Positions 38,558 through 48,491 of a stretch of DNA of 64,000 bases are shown piece by piece. Below the pieces are notes generated by a model. It was not told where the DNA came from, did no database searches, and worked only from the letters and a program-made list of their open reading frames with translations. The stretch is from Thermoproteota archaeon. Lineage in GTDB: Archaea; Thermoproteota; Methanomethylicia; Methanomethylicales; Methanomethylicaceae. Within the stretch, counting starts at the first letter, position 1. Each line of letters opens with the position of its first letter. Location: contig JASFYL010000001.1 of the NCBI GenBank assembly GCA_030055575.1, positions 3,545-67,544 on the forward strand, in the 5' to 3' direction. A program made the translations under genes and the position numbers.

Positions 38558-39343
38558 TCAATATTCCTTATAGTCCTTGAATACCGGCATCTTTTCTCTT
38601 AATTCCTTTACCTTCTCGGTTTTTAGCTCGCCTAAGATGATCCCTTCTCCCCTGTCTGCCATACTAACGATCCTACCCCAAGGGTCAATGATGCAGCTGT
38701 GTCCATAAAACTTGAAACCGTTTTCTGGTGCTCCTGCTTGGTTTGCGGCTATCACATAGGTCAGATTCTCGATTGCCCTCGCCCTCAATAGAGTTGTCCA
38801 GTGCGCTCTTCCTGTTTCCTCAAGGAATGCTGCTACATTTATTATTGCTTCCGCTCCGCTTAGTGCTTCTGCCCTAAAAATCTCGGGAAACCTTAAGTCG
38901 TAGCAGATCGTTATGCCTGTTTTTATTCCGCAGATATCGGCAACGAGTGGGTCTTTCCCTGCCAAGAAAACGTCGCTTTCTTTAATTTTGCCGTAGTTAA
39001 AGAGGTGGTTCTTCCTATATTTTCCGAGGATCCCTTTCTTAGTAACCACAAATGCAGTATTATACATTTTTGGTCCTTCGCTTTCGATTATGCTTCCCGC
39101 CACTATCGCGATTTCTTCTTCTTTAGAAAGTTCCCTGATCAGGCTTATCGTTTGCCCTTCTTCATTTTCCGCGTTCGGAATACATTCCTCCTTTGTCATC
39201 CTTCGGGGTAAGAAGTTGAAGAGCTCCGGGAGAACAGCGATGTCGGCTTCATTGTTGGCAGCCTCTCTTATCATCTGTACTGCCTTCTGCAAATTCCGTC
39301 TCTTGTCTGCACAACTTGCCATTTGGAGAAGTGCTAACCTCAA
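38558..39343 (-). CDS. Carbon-nitrogen hydrolase (nitrilase superfamily)
   Basis: Catalytic E, K and C in order: MRLALLQM...LPELF...KNHLF...ITICYDLRFPE. Confidence 0.85.
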   Translation of the reverse strand: MRLALLQMASCADKRRNLQKAVQMIREAANNEADIAVLPELFNFLPRRMTKEECIPNAENEEGQTISLIRELSKEEEIAIVAGSIIESEGPKMYNTAFVVTKKGILGKYRKNHLFNYGKIKESDVFLAGKDPLVADICGIKTGITICYDLRFPEIFRAEALSGAEAIINVAAFLEETGRAHWTTLLRARAIENLTYVIAANQAGAPENGFKFYGHSCIIDPWGRIVSMADRGEGIILGELKTEKVKELREKMPVFKDYKEY

Positions 39344-39465
39344 TCCACGCGCCCCCGTTCGGTCGATTAGACATACACTTGCGCATTGTTGTTAGTCTTC
39401 ATTAAGAAATTCTTATATACTGGAAGTGTTTTATTCGTTTGCTCTAAAACTGGAGGTGTAAGGTA

Positions 39466-39609
39466 ATGCCGCAATGTCCGCTGTTTGAGGTTTACAAGAC
39501 CCCGTCAGGTAGCGTATATTATATCTGCCACCGCCCGCCCTTTGGTGAGGAAGGTACAATGCTACCCAACGGAGAACTGCAGTGCCAGAAATGCGATAAA
39601 AGGAAGTAA
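39466..39609 (+). CDS. Possible small Cys-rich protein (47 aa), not in the ORF track
   Basis: ATG 6 nt after a GGAGGTG motif. Reads MPQCPLF...YYICHRPPF...LQCQKCDKRK. It lies in a 300-nt intergenic gap. Confidence 0.3.
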   Translation: MPQCPLFEVYKTPSGSVYYICHRPPFGEEGTMLPNGELQCQKCDKRK

Positions 39610-39642
39610 TGTTTATCTATTTTCAAATACAACATTAATAAA

Positions 39643-39924
39643 CTAAATATTCTTTTTAAACAAGTTAAAAGGTTTGCCCTCTCCGACGATTTTCTTGGGG
39701 ACCTTGTCTTCCCATCTTCTCAAAAATTCGGTATCCTCCTCCATCTCCCTAAGTTCATCAGGCAGCATATGAGGGATTGTCTCTTTTATTGGATACCACC
39801 TGTTGCAACTATTGCATATTATGATCCCTTCGTCGATCTCATTTTCCTCGCTGAAAACGATCAGTTCGAGGGGATGGTTCCTGCACATTGGACAAGCCAG
39901 TATTTCCATGAGTCTTCTCTTCAT
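39643..39924 (-). CDS. Trm112-like small zinc-finger protein
   Basis: MEILACPMCRNHPLEL...IICNSCNRWYPI matches the Trm112/UPF0434 pattern. Confidence 0.55.
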   Translation of the reverse strand: MKRRLMEILACPMCRNHPLELIVFSEENEIDEGIIICNSCNRWYPIKETIPHMLPDELREMEEDTEFLRRWEDKVPKKIVGEGKPFNLFKKNI

Positions 39925-39991
39925 ACATGTCTCCCGGATATGTTGTAAGGGATCGACCGATAATAACTGTTTCCAAAAAAAAGAAAGGAGA

Positions 39992-41353
39992 CTAAAGCCT
40001 CCGTATGTATCTCTCAACTTCCCAATTAGTCACTTGGAGCCTGTATGTGTCCCACTCCTTCCTCTTCACGGATAAGTAGTTCTCGAACGCAACCTCCCCT
40101 AGAACCTCTTTCATGAATTCGCTCCTCTCCGTTTCGTCTAGCGCCTCCTTCAGGGACTCTGGTAAGGAAACGATGTTCTTCGCCTTTCTCTCCTCATAGC
40201 TCATCTTGTATACGTTAAGCTCCGTCGGTGGACCGGGATCTATCTTATTCTTAATCCCGTCTAGCATCGCCATTGCCAAGACTGCGAACTGAAGGTACGG
40301 GTTACCTGCAGGATCTGGGCACCTGATCTCGAACCTCGCCGCGTTTTTCCTTCCGCCGAAGTTAGGGACCCTTATCAGCGGAGACCTGTTCTTGAAAGCC
40401 CATGCAATATAGACGGGTGCCTCATAACCGGGTACGAGCCTCTTGTATGAGTTCGGCCAAGAGGCGAGTACTGAGCACATTTCCCTCCCATGCTTGAGCT
40501 GCCCTCCTATGCTGTACTTGGCTATGTCTGATAGGTAGCTCTTGTCTGGATCCTCTGAGTAGAACATGTTCTTGGTAAGGTCAAGGTTCCAAAGGCTTTG
40601 ATGTACGTGCATCCCAGATCCATTCACACCGAAGAATGGCTTTGGCATATATGTAGCGATATACCCATTCTTGGCAGCCACCACTTTGGTGACCATCTTC
40701 ATAGTGATGGCCCTGTCTGCGGTCGCAAGTCCTTCGTCGTATTTGAAGTCGATCTCGTTCTGACCTAGGGCAACCTCATGGTGGGATATCTCTATGTTTA
40801 TTCCGAACGCCTCCGCCGTATCCGCAATCTCTCTCCTCAGGTCGTCAGTGAGGTCACCCGGATGGAAGTCAAAGTAGCCAGCCATGTCTATTGGCTTGGG
40901 CACTTGCGATCCTTCGTCTTCTTTCAGTATAAAGAACTCGAGCTCTGGAGCGCAGAAGTATCTAAACCCCGCTTCCTTGCACCTCTCCAGAGCTCTTTCC
41001 AAGATGTATCTTGGATCTCCCTCAAACCTCTTATTGTCGGGCGTGTAGACGTCGCATATCATCCTGCATGAGGACTTTTCTTTGACCCTCCACGGAATGA
41101 CAGAGAAAGTCGTGGGATCAGGGTATAGTACCATGTCCGACTCTTCGATTGGTCTGTACCCAGTAATCGAGGATCCGTCGAAAGACTGCCCATTTTCGAA
41201 CATGCTTTCTATGTTCTTGGAGCTCACTGCTAGGCTCTTTAGAATCCCGTTCAGGTCGGTGAACTGCAGCCTTACGAATTTTATGTTGTTCTCGTTTATC
41301 TCGTTGACGACTCTGGTCACGTTCTCTCTCCATACTGCATCCTTAAAGTTTTT
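39992..41353 (-). CDS. glnA: Glutamine synthetase type I
   Basis: ~450 aa with the GS beta-grasp and catalytic domains (...GSSM...MHVHQS... region). Confidence 0.9.
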   Translation of the reverse strand, partial: KNFKDAVWRENVTRVVNEINENNIKFVRLQFTDLNGILKSLAVSSKNIESMFENGQSFDGSSITGYRPIEESDMVLYPDPTTFSVIPWRVKEKSSCRMICDVYTPDNKRFEGDPRYILERALERCKEAGFRYFCAPELEFFILKEDEGSQVPKPIDMAGYFDFHPGDLTDDLRREIADTAEAFGINIEISHHEVALGQNEIDFKYDEGLATADRAITMKMVTKVVAAKNGYIATYMPKPFFGVNGSGMHVHQSLWNLDLTKNMFYSEDPDKSYLSDIAKYSIGGQLKHGREMCSVLASWPNSYKRLVPGYEAPVYIAWAFKNRSPLIRVPNFGGRKNAARFEIRCPDPAGNPYLQFAVLAMAMLDGIKNKIDPGPPTELNVYKMSYEERKAKNIVSLPESLKEALDETERSEFMKEVLGEVAFENYLSVKRKEWDTYRLQVTNWEVERYIRRL

Positions 41354-41507
41354 CATACGACCACCGATCAAACAACAATCTTAAGCAGATACTTGTGATC
41401 GCATATAAAATTTTCCGTTAAAAAAATTAAAAATATTCAACTGAAACCCTTGAAATATGAACACAATACTACATACAAAAAAACGCCCCCAAGGGGGCTG
41501 ATTTTTG

Positions 41508-41888
41508 TTACTTGTTGGAGGACCAAAGATTGTGTATGTTGCAGTATTCCCGGGCTTTCTTTACTTCTTTGCCTGTGTCCAACTCAAGCTCCGGGAAGTC
41601 ATCTGGCGTCAGGAACTTTATCGTTACTGCATCGTCAGTCCAAGCTTCTATCCACTCTATGTAATGCTCTGGCATCATCGGATGGGTGGTTGAGCCAACC
41701 TTTACTTTGAACCCTCTTTCCGTCCTCTCGATAACTGGCACATGCTTCTCCTTGCCCATCTCCGCAGTCTTCTCTGTCATGAGCTTCATCGGTTTTCCGC
41801 AACACACAAGCTGTCCAGGACCTGCATGGACTACCATCACAATGTTGCCGCAGATCTCGCACTTGTAGATCTCCATTCTCTGTGTCAT
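41508..41888 (-). CDS. dfx: Desulfoferrodoxin (2Fe superoxide reductase)
   Basis: N-terminal desulforedoxin CEICGN...CC plus the C-terminal neelaredoxin domain (HVPVIE...H...CNIH). Confidence 0.85.
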   Translation of the reverse strand: MTQRMEIYKCEICGNIVMVVHAGPGQLVCCGKPMKLMTEKTAEMGKEKHVPVIERTERGFKVKVGSTTHPMMPEHYIEWIEAWTDDAVTIKFLTPDDFPELELDTGKEVKKAREYCNIHNLWSSNK

Positions 41889-41894
41889 TTCAAT

Positions 41895-42560
41895 TTACTC
41901 TCCTATTTCTCTGTAACAGAACCACCAATCATATCCGTTGAACATATTTAATCTCTTCTTGGCTTCATCAGTATTATTTGGCGGTGGAATTATCGCTTTA
42001 TTTCCGATCAACTCATTGTTAGGCCAGTTCGCTGGGAGTGCAACATTTTCCTTGTCGCTGATCTGTAAAGCTTTAACCAGTCTTAAGATCTCGTCAATGT
42101 TTCTGCCGACGGACATGGGATAATACAGTATTGCCCTGACCACACTCTCTGGATCGATTATGAATACGGCTCGGACTGCTTGGGTTCCCTTAGCCTCCTG
42201 GTGTAACATCCCATAGAGTGTAGCTATCTTGCCCGTATTGTCTGCGATTATGGGAAATGGTATTTCTACCTTCAAATTTTCTGCAATCCACTCCTCCCAT
42301 TTTATATGTGAGTATATCTGGTCTATCGAGAGCCCCAGTAGCTCTACATTCATTGACTTAAACTGGTTGTATCTCTTGGCGAATGCTACAAATTCCGTCG
42401 TACAAACCGGGGTGTAATCTGCTGGATGACTGAAGAGAACAACCCATTTGCCCTTGTAATCGTCTGGGAAGTTTACTGGTCCCTTTGTTGTCTGCGCTGA
42501 GAATGCTGGTGCCTTATCCCCTATAAGGGGTAAGTTCCTGTTTTCTGAAATTTTTATCAC
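41895..42560 (-). CDS. Peroxiredoxin (AhpC/TSA family)
   Basis: [15 protein letters not shown] is the peroxidatic Cys motif. Confidence 0.85.
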   Translation of the reverse strand: MIKISENRNLPLIGDKAPAFSAQTTKGPVNFPDDYKGKWVVLFSHPADYTPVCTTEFVAFAKRYNQFKSMNVELLGLSIDQIYSHIKWEEWIAENLKVEIPFPIIADNTGKIATLYGMLHQEAKGTQAVRAVFIIDPESVVRAILYYPMSVGRNIDEILRLVKALQISDKENVALPANWPNNELIGNKAIIPPPNNTDEAKKRLNMFNGYDWWFCYREIGE

Positions 42561-42641
42561 CTATTTTTAGGTTAGCTTCCTTCTTAATAAACTTAAGCGA
42601 CTGTAAGCAAACTTTAACTATTTCTATAAACGTAAATTTAC

Positions 42642-43526
42642 GTGATGTCCCAGTCCAGAACAAAGCAATCGGTGGATAAGCTCAACAGACTGTACTCTAA
42701 CGAGATGCATGTTCACGTGACCCTTGAAGAATGCAGGGCGCTAGAAGTAGTTTTTTCGGGCGGAATCATTGGAAGCTGCTGCGCCCGCGACTACTTCGAT
42801 GATCTTGGGATCGTTCTATCTGAGACCCATGGCGTTGATTATGTTTACTGGGACGCTCGGCTAAATCGAGCTAGCCCCCCTTACTATTTGGTTAGATACG
42901 CGCGCATCGACTTCCTCGACGAACTGAAGAAGGTAATGCCGGAAGCAGAGCCAATGGTAAAGAAAAGAATTGAAGAATTTGCTAAAGTGGGTGCAAGCAT
43001 GAATCCTGATCGGATCTTCAGTGAGTTGTGCTTCTGTATCTTAACAGCGAACTGTAGCGCAGAAGGGGGCATCAGGATCCAACAGACCGTTGGGGATGGA
43101 TTCAGAAGCATTGAACAGAAAGAACTAACCTCAATTTTGAGATCTTTGGGTTACCGGTTCCCGAACAGGCGCTCCGAATTCATCTGCACAGCGAAGGGGT
43201 CCATTCCTAAAATAATGGATGCGTTACACATGGACGACCGGATGGCTAGGGAGTGGCTGGTGGAGAATATAAAAGGCATCGGGTACAAGGAGGCGAGTCA
43301 CTTCCTTAGAAACATAGGTAGGAATGATCTGGCAATCATAGACAGACATGTGTTGCGTTTCCTGCTCCAGAAGGGATTGATACTAAAAACTCCAAAGTCC
43401 CTCTCAAGGACTTCTTATATGGCTTTCGAGACGCTTCTTGCAAAGATTTCTGAGAAATTGGGAATAACCTTGGCAGAGCTCGACCTCTATATATGGTACC
43501 TAATGACCGGAAAAGTATTGAAATGA
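42642..43526 (+). CDS. N-glycosylase/DNA lyase, Ogg2-type 8-oxoguanine DNA glycosylase (HhH-GPD)
   Basis: IKGIGYKEASHFLRNIG...DLAIIDRHV is the helix-hairpin-helix with catalytic Lys/Asp. Confidence 0.7.
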   Translation: MMSQSRTKQSVDKLNRLYSNEMHVHVTLEECRALEVVFSGGIIGSCCARDYFDDLGIVLSETHGVDYVYWDARLNRASPPYYLVRYARIDFLDELKKVMPEAEPMVKKRIEEFAKVGASMNPDRIFSELCFCILTANCSAEGGIRIQQTVGDGFRSIEQKELTSILRSLGYRFPNRRSEFICTAKGSIPKIMDALHMDDRMAREWLVENIKGIGYKEASHFLRNIGRNDLAIIDRHVLRFLLQKGLILKTPKSLSRTSYMAFETLLAKISEKLGITLAELDLYIWYLMTGKVLK

Positions 43527-43606
43527 CGACGCGATTAAATCATAAACGGCTCGTGTGTTTAAATCTATGTTGCTTGTATCTTTGATCAGTTAGTAGAGGC
43601 GTTTGA

Positions 43607-44419
43607 ATGATGGGGTCTAAAATAGATGATCTTGTACCCCTCGAAGAGCTCATATCGCTTCGGGAGAAAACGGCATTGATAACTGGGTCAGCGACAGGAA
43701 TAGGAAAGGCGATTGCCCGTAGATTTGCTGAAGCGGGTGCTAATTTGGAGCTTGTCGACATTAACGAAAAAGGTCTAGACGAGGTTAAGGGGGAACTTGA
43801 GAGTTACTGTGTGCGGGTAAACATCCATATAGTCGACTTGTCCAAGAAGGCGCAAATAGATTCCCTGTGGGAGGGGCTGTCTGGAAAAGAACCTGATATA
43901 TTGGTTAACAATGCAGGGATCTACCCATCCAAGTCGTTTTTAGACGTAGACGAGGTTTTCTTGGATAAAGTGATGGGAGTCAACTTGGAGTCCGTCTTCT
44001 GGATGTGCCAGCAGATGATACGAAGAAGACTAAAAAAAGGCGGCATAATCATCAATATGGGCTCGATCGAAGCAGTGATGCCTCTGAAGGAGGGGCTCTC
44101 TCATTACGATGCCAGCAAAGCTGGCGTAATGGTGCTTTCGAGAGCCTTGGCGAGCGAATACGGAAAGCATGGTTTCAGAATAAATGTTCTGGTCCCGGGA
44201 GGGATCTGGACGTCAGGCACTAAAAGTTTGGCGCTGGAAGCGATTAAGTTAAACATGAATGTTGTAAAATCCGGAATAGAATATGATATGCGAACCCCTC
44301 TTAGGCGTTTAGGGAAGCCAGATGAAGTTGCACGTATGGCTTTGGTTCTGGCAAGCGACCTGTCGAGTTATGTAAACGGTGCGCTGATAGTTGTCGACGG
44401 GGGCTTTCTTTCTGCTTAA
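43607..44419 (+). CDS. Short-chain dehydrogenase/reductase (SDR)
   Basis: TGSATGIGKAIA, NNAG and YDASKAG (YxxxK). Confidence 0.85.
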   Translation: MMGSKIDDLVPLEELISLREKTALITGSATGIGKAIARRFAEAGANLELVDINEKGLDEVKGELESYCVRVNIHIVDLSKKAQIDSLWEGLSGKEPDILVNNAGIYPSKSFLDVDEVFLDKVMGVNLESVFWMCQQMIRRRLKKGGIIINMGSIEAVMPLKEGLSHYDASKAGVMVLSRALASEYGKHGFRINVLVPGGIWTSGTKSLALEAIKLNMNVVKSGIEYDMRTPLRRLGKPDEVARMALVLASDLSSYVNGALIVVDGGFLSA

Positions 44420-44611
44420 TTGTGTGGAGATGTGCCTGCTCGATCCAAAATTGTGCCCATGAAGGAAATTTGAACCAACCACTGACATTCATTTCCTTAG
44501 GATGATGTATTTAGAGGAGAAGAATTAGCTCATTAAAAATAAGGACCTGTTTAGGCACATTAAGAAAATGTTTTATAAAATATCAAACAATTCTCCTATG
44601 GGGGAGTTGTA

Positions 44612-45187
44612 TTGGAAAATGTTAATGAACCGTTAATGTTTTACGTAGGGAAGAATTTTTTCGATAAGTCAAAAAAAGTTTTCAACTTGGGTTTTGTCGT
44701 CAAGAAGCCTCTATTGCAGATCCTTCAGAGCTTAGGGTTCAGACCCGCTGACATGAGCAGCGACGAGGCTAAGAGATCTCTAGAGGAGTTCTCCAAGACC
44801 AGCGGCATGACGATAACGCAATCACAGTACCTGAAGGAGATTTCACTCTCACTCCTAACCCCTGCTTGGCTTGTTAAATCCTTCAAGGGAACAATGGTTA
44901 ATTTCGTCGGAGCATACGATTTGGGTTTCAGCATGATTGTCGAGTTCCTAACGGGGATAACGAGGATACTGAAGCCGCCAATAAGTAGTTACCTCTGGAT
45001 TGTGATCCCAAAGTCCCAGGATGGTGTAGCAAAAACCTTGGATATACTTAAAAATATAAGGGATCGGGTGAAGGAACCTCCGATAACTTCTGAGGAGTGG
45101 GAGGCGGTAAAGCCGGTGATTGAAAAGCTTTCAAACAGCGGCTTCAACATAAGGGGTTTGAAGGAGAATCTTTGGTCAAGCATATGA
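44612..45187 (+). CDS. Hypothetical protein, no recognisable domain
   Basis: 191-aa ORF with a reasonable coding look and an AT-rich upstream region. No motifs recognised. Confidence 0.35.
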   Translation: MENVNEPLMFYVGKNFFDKSKKVFNLGFVVKKPLLQILQSLGFRPADMSSDEAKRSLEEFSKTSGMTITQSQYLKEISLSLLTPAWLVKSFKGTMVNFVGAYDLGFSMIVEFLTGITRILKPPISSYLWIVIPKSQDGVAKTLDILKNIRDRVKEPPITSEEWEAVKPVIEKLSNSGFNIRGLKENLWSSI

Positions 45188-45421
45188 CCAGTTGTTACTT
45201 CAAAACTATGAAATGTGGTTTTTCATTTTTTATTAACTGTTTTTTCTTCATGCGAATGTCTGTATAGCCTGTGCCCTTGTTTAAGAGGCTGTGTTGGCTG
45301 TTGTATTTGTGCCCAAATCCTACTCCTCACAACACTGTTGAAATTCGGAAGTGCTCCTTCTCGACGGTTTTCTTGAGATGACCACCTAGAATATGTCAAG
45401 CACTCTGGAGGATTATTTTAG

Positions 45422-45506
45422 TGCGGGGAGTGGGATTTGAACCCACGAAGGCCTTCGCCACAAGGTCCTGAGCCTTGCGCCTTTGACCTGACTTGGCGAC
45501 CCCCGC
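45422..45506 (-). tRNA. tRNA-Leu (anticodon CAG), long variable arm
   Basis: Reverse complement folds as acceptor GCGGGGG/UCCCCGC, anticodon stem CAAGG with loop CUCAGGA, variable stem-loop GGC-GAAG-GCC, T-arm GUGGG-UUCAAAU-CCCAC. Confidence 0.75.
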
Positions 45507-45550
45507 CTGCCCTACTAATTTTATAAGGCTCACATATATTCTTAACAGGT

Positions 45551-46372
45551 ATGGACATCTCGCTCCTGAAAGAGATCTGCCGTGCAGAATGCGAGGCAAT
45601 TTCTAACCTGCCATCCTCATCCAAAGGAAAGATTGTGAAAAGGGGAGCCAGTGGTGACATTACAAAGATGATCGACAAGGTTGCCGAGGAGGCAGCTGTC
45701 AGATGCCTCCAGGAATTGGGGTTTGAGGGGAGCCTACTGAGCGAGGAGCTCGGTCTTGTGAAGATAGGTGGTGAGAACTACCCGCTTGTAGTGCTCGACC
45801 CCATAGACGGAACAACAAACGCAATCCGAGGGATAAACCTTTATTCAATCTCTGTCGCCCTCTCGGACGGTCCGCGCCTATCTGATATTGTGTCGGCAGC
45901 TGTGATGGAACTCCCCTCTAAGCGGCTCTTCAGCGCTGAAAAGGGAGCTGGGGCTTTCCTAGACGGTACTCGGATCAACACAAACGGACACGTCGCACTT
46001 TCGAATGCGTTGGTTGGCGTGGACTTCAATGTGAGGGGAAACCGAGGAAGAGTCTATGAGGTCCTCCCTGTCCTAATGGCAGTTAAGCACATCCGGAACT
46101 TAGGATCTGCAGCACTTGGTCTGTGTTATACTGCTTCTGGCTCGCTTGACTTCTATCTGGATAACCGATCTCTGCTCAGGGTTACCGATATAGCCTCCGC
46201 ATACCTCATCCTAAAGGAGGCAGGCGCTCAGGTTTTGGCTCTAGACGGGAGTGAACTCGACTGCCCACTGGATTTGACTGCTAGGATAGAACTGATTGCT
46301 GGAGAAGAGAAGATCTGTAGGGAAGTCCTTTCAATGATCGGTTCGAGGAATAATCGCCTTAATAAACTTTAA
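45551..46372 (+). CDS. Inositol monophosphatase / archaeal FBPase-IMPase family protein
   Basis: VVLDPIDGTTNAIRG is the DPIDGT motif. Confidence 0.8.
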   Translation: MDISLLKEICRAECEAISNLPSSSKGKIVKRGASGDITKMIDKVAEEAAVRCLQELGFEGSLLSEELGLVKIGGENYPLVVLDPIDGTTNAIRGINLYSISVALSDGPRLSDIVSAAVMELPSKRLFSAEKGAGAFLDGTRINTNGHVALSNALVGVDFNVRGNRGRVYEVLPVLMAVKHIRNLGSAALGLCYTASGSLDFYLDNRSLLRVTDIASAYLILKEAGAQVLALDGSELDCPLDLTARIELIAGEEKICREVLSMIGSRNNRLNKL

Positions 46373-46382
46373 AAAAAGTGTC

Positions 46383-46637
46383 TCAGTCCTTAACCTGTTC
46401 GAGGATGCTGATGGCCTGCCAGATGGCAGTTCTTGCAAACAGCGGCATATTGGGATCCTGCCCACATTCCTCGAGTATGCTGATCGCGTTGGATGCCCTA
46501 ACTGCATCAGTGTATGTCTTGCCCTGCAGGATCTTCATCGCCTCTGATGCTGCCCTTCTGATGTTCCTCGGGACGCCGTTGTCATCCGCAATCCTTTGCA
46601 GGACATTGAGTGCCTGAATCATCTTGTCGCTACTCAT
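46383..46637 (-). CDS. Conserved small archaeal helical protein (UPF0147-like)
   Basis: 84 aa, helical, with ...VPRNIRRAASEAM.... Resembles the UPF0147 family from memory. Confidence 0.4.
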   Translation of the reverse strand: MSSDKMIQALNVLQRIADDNGVPRNIRRAASEAMKILQGKTYTDAVRASNAISILEECGQDPNMPLFARTAIWQAISILEQVKD

Positions 46638-46703
46638 TATTGAACCTCCTTTTCAGCAAATAGGCATATAATCCCCCTTATTACCTTTATTCTGTGTGGT
46701 TTC

Positions 46704-47057
46704 ATGCAATCGAATGACGCCCATGTCAAGCGTATGGCTGACCTCCTCAGAGAGGGAGCCGCTATGCTCTCCCAGATATGCCCTGACTGCAAGACGCCGC
46801 TCTTCCGCCTCTCTGGGGGCGAGGTTATATGCCCTGGGTGCAACAGGAGGGTTGTTTTCGCCAAGAGTACTGATACGGAGAGGGTGGCTACACAGGCAGC
46901 GGTTGCCTCGAGCCTCGAGGCGGTCATCATGAACAAGATATCTGATATTCGATCCTGTCTCGAGTCGACGACAGACCTCTTAGCGCTTGAGAAGCAAATA
47001 CGAGTCCTTTCTGCCCTCTTCGATCTCCTCGAGAAGGTCCGAAAGACAAAGCTGTGA
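46704..47057 (+). CDS. Zinc-ribbon protein of the UPF0148 / autoantigen-p27-like family
   Basis: CPDCKTPLF...CPGCNRR zinc ribbon followed by a coiled C-terminus. Confidence 0.5.
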   Translation: MQSNDAHVKRMADLLREGAAMLSQICPDCKTPLFRLSGGEVICPGCNRRVVFAKSTDTERVATQAAVASSLEAVIMNKISDIRSCLESTTDLLALEKQIRVLSALFDLLEKVRKTKL

Positions 47058-47088
47058 TTCGTAGCCGCCCTGCTATTCCTGCCAACTG

Positions 47089-47802
47089 TTATTTTTTACA
47101 TTCTTCGGTGTATCTCGAGGAGATTACCTCTCTGATTCTCTTAGCTTTCTTCGGTCCTATCTTGTCCACCCTCTGAAGCTCCTCTTCGCTCGCAGTGAAG
47201 ACCGCCTCTACACTTCCGAATTCTCTGAGCAGCCTCCTCGCCATAGTGGCCTCTATCATTGGAAGGCTGGCGACAATGTACTCCTTCTCCTCGTCTGGCG
47301 TCTTCGGGCGCCTCCTATCCTTGAGCGCAGGCCTGGATGCGCCGCCCCTCTGCTCCTTTTTGGCTATCGTGAGAATGAACCAAGCAGCATCCTCCGGTCC
47401 ATCGGCGTTTATCACAGGAATACCGAAGTCAAGAACCATGCTGACAATTGCCCCCCTTATCGCCTCCCTCGAAACCCCTGTCTGGGTTCTGTTACTGTCC
47501 TCAATGATTATTATCGGTCTCTGATAGCACTCTCTAAGTGCTTGAGCCTGCGCGAATAGGCGCTTGTCCACTATTGACGCCGAGAGATCTTGATAGGTCT
47601 TCCTTTCTATAGCGACCTCGCTCGAGACTACGTAATCCCCCACCTTCAGAGTCTTAAACTCGACCTTCACCCCGAGCTGCAAGAGTTCGCTTACGGTCTG
47701 GGATCCTTCTTCCCTCCTGTCGACTACCACCTCAAGCGCATCACGTTCTGTTCCAAGAAACTTGAGCAAGCCTTCACCCTGCCCAGGAGGCTGGTTGGGC
47801 AA
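47089..47802 (-). CDS. XPF/ERCC4-type structure-specific nuclease (short archaeal form) with (HhH)2 domain
   Basis: VGDYVVSS...ERKTYQDLSASIVDKR is the ERCC4 GDx(n)ERKx3D motif. A C-terminal HhH2 follows. Confidence 0.8.
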   Translation of the reverse strand: MPNQPPGQGEGLLKFLGTERDALEVVVDRREEGSQTVSELLQLGVKVEFKTLKVGDYVVSSEVAIERKTYQDLSASIVDKRLFAQAQALRECYQRPIIIIEDSNRTQTGVSREAIRGAIVSMVLDFGIPVINADGPEDAAWFILTIAKKEQRGGASRPALKDRRRPKTPDEEKEYIVASLPMIEATMARRLLREFGSVEAVFTASEEELQRVDKIGPKKAKRIREVISSRYTEECKK

Positions 47803-47866
47803 GAGTAATCACCGACGGAATATCGACCAGATACGCATATAATCGAATCGATCCAGATCAGATGCC

Positions 47867-48481
47867 ATGCCAGAGTTGAAGCGTGGGATATTTGTTGCAC
47901 TGGAGGGAGTAGATGGCTCTGGATCTTCAACGCAGACAGAGATGCTTGTCTCCCTACTGAAGCGCAGGGGGTTCCGGTCGCTGGCAACAAAGGAACCGAA
48001 CCCGAGGGGTTTCATAGAACCTGCAATCAGGAGATCGCTCGCAGAGCCTTCTGGGGTCCCTGAGGTGGACGCTCTCCTCTTCGCAGCAGATAGGGTTGAC
48101 CACATTGAGCGGATAATAAAGCCTGCCCTCGAAGATCGGAATGTGGTGGTCTCGGACAGGTACCTCGAATCATCAGTGGCATACCAGACGGCACAAGGGC
48201 TTGAGGAAGAGTGGATCCTGCTTATAAACCGCCGCGCAATATCCCCTGATCTCACCATCATCATGGACATCGATCCCGAGGTCTCCCTCGGCAGGAAAGG
48301 TTCGCCACTCGATCGATACGAGAACCCAGATTTTCTCAGGGTCGTTAGGAAGAGGTTCTTGGAGAGGGCCAAGAAGAAGGGGTACGAAGTAGTGGATGCA
48401 TCCCGCCCATTGGACGAAGTCCACGCAGAGATCGTGAGGCGGGTTCTATCATTACTAAACTCTGAGATATTGGAGAAATAG
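47867..48481 (+). CDS. tmk: Thymidylate kinase
   Basis: FVALEGVDGSGSST P-loop and the DRY motif (VSDRYLESS). Confidence 0.85.
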   Translation: MPELKRGIFVALEGVDGSGSSTQTEMLVSLLKRRGFRSLATKEPNPRGFIEPAIRRSLAEPSGVPEVDALLFAADRVDHIERIIKPALEDRNVVVSDRYLESSVAYQTAQGLEEEWILLINRRAISPDLTIIMDIDPEVSLGRKGSPLDRYENPDFLRVVRKRFLERAKKKGYEVVDASRPLDEVHAEIVRRVLSLLNSEILEK

Positions 48482-48491
48482 CCACCTTGAA

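Noticed and set aside
45396-45678. ORFs 45396-45599 and 45418-45678 on the minus strand
   Set aside because: Overlap tRNA-Leu and the start of the IMPase gene. No coding signal.
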